A stretch of DNA of 62,274 nt, the filler included, from Chlamydiia bacterium (GTDB lineage: Bacteria; Chlamydiota; Chlamydiia; Chlamydiales; FEN-1388), in NCBI GenBank assembly GCA_903848235.1. It is 11 parts of 11 records of this genome, joined end to end, with 100 filler letters (N's around TTAATTAATTAA, not from the genome) between each part and the next. Parts side by side here need not be neighbours in the genome. Positions count along the whole stretch, not along the records: positions 57,142 to 59,352 come from CAINFV010000283.1; positions 59,453 to 62,274 come from CAINFV010000284.1; 9 more parts are not named here. One strand, 5' to 3'. The notes under the pieces were generated by a model. The model was given only the letters and a program-made list of their open reading frames with translations, had not been told where the DNA came from and did not search any database. The translations under genes were made by a program, and so were the position numbers. Below, in pieces: positions 57,681 through 62,274 of the stretch (the stretch's first letter is position 1; every line of letters starts with the position of its first letter).

Positions 57681-59051
57681 TTGATAGGCCGTAAAGGATC
57701 TTGTACAATGATGAGATTGCGCACGTATTTCGGCTTTCTGTGCATTAATGCTCTTGGCATTTGTCTTTTGTTTTCTGATTGTCCCAGCCTCGAACGAAAT
57801 TCAGTTCTAGGTGACGCCCTCAACCATCCTCTTACGATAGCCGAGCTCATTGAGATTGCGTTAGCGAATACCCCCTCTACTAAAAAAGCGTATTGGAATG
57901 CAGAACGCGCTGCAGCCGATGTAGGAATAGCAGAGAGTGCATATTACCCTCAGATACGGGGAAAAGGCTCTGCGGAACATGAAGTGGGGCATCCTTCCAA
58001 AGAAGCTGTGACGACAGAGAGCGCTGACCTGTGTCTGGACATGCTCCTCTATGACTGCGGAAAGACAAACGCCTCTGTTGCCGCCACAAAACAACTTCTT
58101 AAGGCAGCTTCTTGGAATGTCGATTGGAATGTACAACAGGTCCTTGTCTCAGTCTTCGAAGCCACGTACACTATGCTCTACGCTAGGGAAGTGTATGATG
58201 CCACGCTTGTCACCTTACAAGAGGCCGAAAAAATGGTATCAAGGGCTCGAGAACTCAATCGCGTAGGATTAAAACCTGTTTCTGATGTCTATACCGCAGA
58301 AGCAACACTTTTCAGCGCAAAAATGGAGCTCACCGACAAAAAAGAATTACTCAAAGAGAGTGAATCTTCTCTAGCAACCGTTCTTGGCCTCCCTGCAACA
58401 ACACACCTCACCCTGGCCCCGATCTGTCTTGACACCGCACCCACAAAAGAAGATGTCGATTTACTTATCACATCTGCTTACTCTCACCGCGCAGACCTTC
58501 AGGAAAAACAAGCGATGTATACAGCTGCCCTCGACACCGTTGAAAAGGAGAATGCCGCCGCATGGCCAGAATTCTCCTGTTTTGGTCGCGGAGGAGTTGA
58601 CACCACACATACGAATCATCGAGCTCAAGTGAACAGCCAGTCGGTTCATTCCAGAGCACATTTCAGGCAGTATAGTGTTGGTCTTAAAGTAGAGATCCCT
58701 TTGTTTACAGGGTTTGATCTCACAAACAAGAAAAAAGCAGCTCTTGCAGAGGCGAATCTTACCAAAGCTGAAATTGACGCTCTCCAACTAGAAATTGCTC
58801 GCGATGTCGCTTGTGCAGCCTATTCTCTTGAGGCAGCTCAAGAAAAATTACCTGATGCTGCTTGCAACCTTGAAAGCGCCAAAAAGGCATATGAAGGCAC
58901 CCTCGAACGATATTCGGCTGGGAAAGATGAAATAGCTGCCCTGTACAATGCACAGCAGCAGGTCGCAGCAGCACGCATTCAGTACAACACTGTAAAAACC
59001 CAATGGCTCACAGGGATTGCTAACCTCGCCTATGCAACGGGGACGCTGTGA
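57681..59051 (+). CDS. TolC-family outer-membrane efflux protein
   Basis: LIEIALANTP, SAYYPQI, VEIPLFTG, ERYSAG; followed by an adaptor gene. Confidence 0.85.
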   Translation: MIGRKGSCTMMRLRTYFGFLCINALGICLLFSDCPSLERNSVLGDALNHPLTIAELIEIALANTPSTKKAYWNAERAAADVGIAESAYYPQIRGKGSAEHEVGHPSKEAVTTESADLCLDMLLYDCGKTNASVAATKQLLKAASWNVDWNVQQVLVSVFEATYTMLYAREVYDATLVTLQEAEKMVSRARELNRVGLKPVSDVYTAEATLFSAKMELTDKKELLKESESSLATVLGLPATTHLTLAPICLDTAPTKEDVDLLITSAYSHRADLQEKQAMYTAALDTVEKENAAAWPEFSCFGRGGVDTTHTNHRAQVNSQSVHSRAHFRQYSVGLKVEIPLFTGFDLTNKKKAALAEANLTKAEIDALQLEIARDVACAAYSLEAAQEKLPDAACNLESAKKAYEGTLERYSAGKDEIAALYNAQQQVAAARIQYNTVKTQWLTGIANLAYATGTL

Positions 59052-59352
59052 CTTTTTTTTATGATGGTACAAAAGTGAAAAAATATCTTCTTTGTTGCGT
59101 CCTTTTGGTGGGGTGTAGCTCGCAGAATGAAGAGAAATCTTCGTTACAAGAGGTGATTCCTGTCTCTGTCGCGCATCCGTCTATCAAAGATTTTGCACGC
59201 GCTATCGAAACAACAGGAACTCTGACCCCAATAGCCTCTGTTTCCATTTTCTCTCGAGCTGATGGGGTTGTTGCCAAAATTCATGTTCACGAAGGTCAAA
59301 ACGTAAGCGAAGGAAGTCCTCTTGTATCGCTGGATAGCGCGATGCAACAGCT
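59048..59352 (+). CDS. RND periplasmic adaptor subunit (3' partial)
   Basis: Lipobox LLVGC; GVVAKIHVHEGQNV lipoyl-like motif. Confidence 0.8.
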
Positions 59353-59452
59353 NNNNNNNNNNNNNNNNNNNNNNNNNNNNNNNNNNNNNNNNNNNNTTAA
59401 TTAATTAANNNNNNNNNNNNNNNNNNNNNNNNNNNNNNNNNNNNNNNNNNNN

Positions 59453-61440
59453 GCATCAAGTGTGCCCAAGGTAGCCGAATCCTGTGGATATTTTATTGAT
59501 CTCAAGGCGTCGATTTGATGGCGGACGGAATAAATATCATTGGGAGTTGCCTTTTCCTCTCCCAATAACGCCCCCAGACGGTCTATTTCCGCTCTTACAT
59601 GCGGTATCACTACCGTCGAATTGAGCTTTTCATATTTCTTCGCTAGACCAATAAGTCGACCGCGATTTGCTTCGGTTGAAAGTGACAACAATTGAATGGC
59701 TCTAGCTCTTCCCTGCTCTATCTGAGCTATATCACTTTTTTCATCGACCTTAGAAAGCTGCACAATCTCTTCTTCTACTGATTTTACAGTTGCATTTTCT
59801 ATTGCATTATTGATGTGTTTACTCATAGAAGGAATTTCTCCCTTCAGATTCGTATTGAGCCGATTCCAAATTCCAAGTCCCTCCCCATCTGGCTCTGGAA
59901 GGATCTTCATTGCTGTGTCAAAAAATTTTTCTCCCACTTCAGGATGATGCTGAAGTACCCCATGAAACCACTCTGATGAAGAAAGATCCATCAGCATCCC
60001 TTGCAATTCTTTCCTGCATTGACTATCTGGATCATCCTTCCCCCCAAGAGAGGCCAACATATTTTGCATCTCTAGCATGAAACCAATTGCCGTTTGCCTT
60101 GCATCCTCGCTCCATCCCGTTCCTCGTCCTACGAGTTCGGACATGAATTTCTTAATCCCAGTCTCCCGTTCGCCCAAAGCAAACGTTTTACCCTTCATCA
60201 CAATCTTCCCTTTCGACCCAAGCTGCTGAGTGATACTGCGCATCTGTCCAATTTTCTCTATAGTCTCTAGCTTAGGTCCAGAAATCGGTTCACGAGGCTT
60301 TTCCACGGCTGCGGTTGAAGCGCGACGTGCTCTTGATACCTGAGAGCTATCCTCTCCGCTCCGCCCCCTCCCTTGCACCGATTCAATTTTACTCTGTAGT
60401 TCTTCAAGCGCCTGATCAATGCGCTCCACTTCGACTTCAAAGCCTCTTCGGCCTTCCATCGCTTCTCTTAGAATCGTAAGATGTTCCGTGAGTTCTTGAG
60501 GACTTCCATGAGGAACGACTGAAATGGATCTTAGCATCTTATCGGAGTAGCTCCGCAGCCCATCATCAGATAGAGATGAACATTTCTCAATATCTCCGCT
60601 CTCTATTTCTCTTAGCGCAAAACAATCTCTGAGGTGTCTGTCAGCTACAAAAAATACGATAGGAAGAGCCGTTGTAGTTTCCGTCGCTTTGGGAGGTCCG
60701 CCCAATTTATTGACGAGTGTTTCAGCTTTTTCTCCAGGGAACAACTTCTCGAACATGCGATACAGAGCTGTCGGAAGGGACTTCTCGGCATCCTTCTCCT
60801 GTGCCCACCACCCTTCAACTTCTATAGGAGATTGAAACACTTGTTTTACAGCTTCTAAAACACTGTCTCGGGTTTTTTCATCTATTGGCTCTGGTAGCGA
60901 AGAGACAAGTTCGATAAACGTTCTCAACGCCTGAGGAGATGTCGGGCCCGGCTCTTCTGTGGCTTGTAGAACCCCTTTTTCGTCGACTGTTAATCTATTT
61001 CCCTGTCGAACTTCTTCTGCAAGGTTCTTTATGATTCGAGCCTGGATTTTTCCGATGTTCACATCGATTTTTGATACCGTCTCTGTTATATCACCGGGGC
61101 CTGATATAGACCTCTGCCCAACAACGCAGGCATTGCGATCGGTCTGTAACTTCCCTAGATGTACCTGAAGCTCTGAAAGACTTCCGCCTAGTATTTCCTC
61201 TCCAATCTCTTTGGTAGCAATCGGAACGAGTGGCAGAAGACGAACTGGAGGGGCAATATGTACAGGGGGAAATTCTGGCTTTTCCCCCACCGGTACACCA
61301 GTGTCACCCAGAGTAACAGGTACAGATTTCCCCCCCCCTAGTGGCATAGCACCACTTTCACCCAATGGTTTCTCTGGCTCAGCGCCTTCTAATTTTTGCG
61401 GAAAATGGGGAAGAAAGCTCGCACTGCCTGATGTATCCAT
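59453..61440 (-). CDS. large effector-like hypothetical protein (3' partial)
   Basis: Pro/Gly/Ser-rich N-terminus followed by helical regions; frame open to the contig end. Confidence 0.7.
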
Positions 61441-61540
61441 ATTCTATCCTCTCTTTCAATGTTCATTAGAGCTAAACGATCCACCCCGCATGAGAGGCTC
61501 TCACCGTCTCATGATACAACGGGATTAAAACGCTTAGTCT

Positions 61541-61657
61541 GAGGCTTTTGCAAAACGAGCGGGCGCGCTCTGCTCGCGGCGGCTCGAATAGAGAGGTTAT
61601 CTCTCCCTTCGTCGCCGGCGCCTTGCATATCGCAGCCACTAGTTTTGCAAAAGCCTC
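61541..61657. mobile_element. MITE family A (complete)
   Basis: Perfect IR GAGGCTTTTGCAAAAC; TCTGA directly repeated across both junctions (61538-61542 and 61656-61660). Confidence 0.85.
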
Positions 61658-61792
61658 TGAATTAATTTTTTTATATATGAAATGGTCATTTTACAGAAAA
61701 ACGTTTCCGTCACCCCTGCACTTTTATGAACACAGAGCCGGGTGAATCGATAAACTCTCACCAATATCCACTGAAGTATTAGTAGAGCTCGC

Positions 61793-61849
61793 AGGGGTTT
61801 TTCTAGGAGATTGATGCTTTTATACCGATTCTTGAACAAGACGCGGTAT
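61793..61849 (-). repeat. Family B-related end
   Basis: Reverse complement ATACCGCGTCTTGTTCAAGAATCGG...CCTAGAAAAA resembles 30127-30170. Confidence 0.6.
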
Positions 61850-61853
61850 TGTT

Positions 61854-62139
61854 TTACCGCGTTCGCGTTAGAGCTCGCAAAGCAATAATAGCTTCTGGAT
61901 ATCCTTCTTGAGCTGCCAACCTATAATAATAGAGAGCTCTTCTCACATCTTGAATAACACCCATTCCTCCCCTCTCATAAAGGCCGCCAAGATAGAGCTG
62001 CGCTTCACCCTCACCTTGATCGGCAGCCGCATGAAACAGCCGAACCGCTTCAGCATCATTTTGTGCAATGCCCGTGCCCGCCTCATACATATATCCAAGA
62101 TACAACTCCGCTACTACATTTCCCTGTCCGGCGGCAAGG
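61854..62139 (-). pseudogene. SEL1-like repeat gene, 5' part cut off by an IS607-like end
   Basis: AAGQG...YLGYMYEAG, AADQG...YLGGLYERG, AAQEG repeats. Confidence 0.8.
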
Positions 62140-62274
62140 GCTAGTAACTGCTCGATAAAATATGGACATATCTTGACAAATCCACCCATTTTGTCCAAGT
62201 TTTAACTGGCAAAAAATCATAATGCACATCTCCAGATCAAAGCATTTTTGTTTTTTCGTGCTATAGTTCAAACA
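62140..62274 (+). mobile_element. IS607-like element end, variant A (runs into window end)
   Basis: Identical to 11078-11212. Confidence 0.7.

Overview
This window is not one continuous locus. It is 11 short contigs joined by artificial 100-nt linkers (N44-TTAATTAATTAA-N44), so adjacency across a linker has no biological meaning. Gene content and order (mutL-pepP, yidC-dnaA, a long PBP2, dnaB, gnd, DUF687-like hydrolases, many large effector-like orphans) point to an environmental Chlamydiota MAG. Highlights: (1) a phage-satellite/PICI-like replication module (AlpA-like HTH, SF3 helicase, TOPRIM primase, TerS-like HTH) with a converging-iteron origin; (2) an IS607-like serine-transposase family whose ends interrupt four different genes, always directly after GG; (3) two displaced 3' halves of a CAT-anticodon tRNA bounding an integrase-less 2.3-kb island; (4) at least four MITE/palindromic-element families, including a nested three-family chimera; (5) mevalonate-pathway genes; (6) an RHS protein with a DUF687-like hydrolase tip and no immunity gene; (7) tandem effector-like paralogues sharing an unusual C-terminal domain; (8) a candidate 6S-like RNA upstream of dnaB. 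All family calls come from motif recognition by eye, not from database searches.
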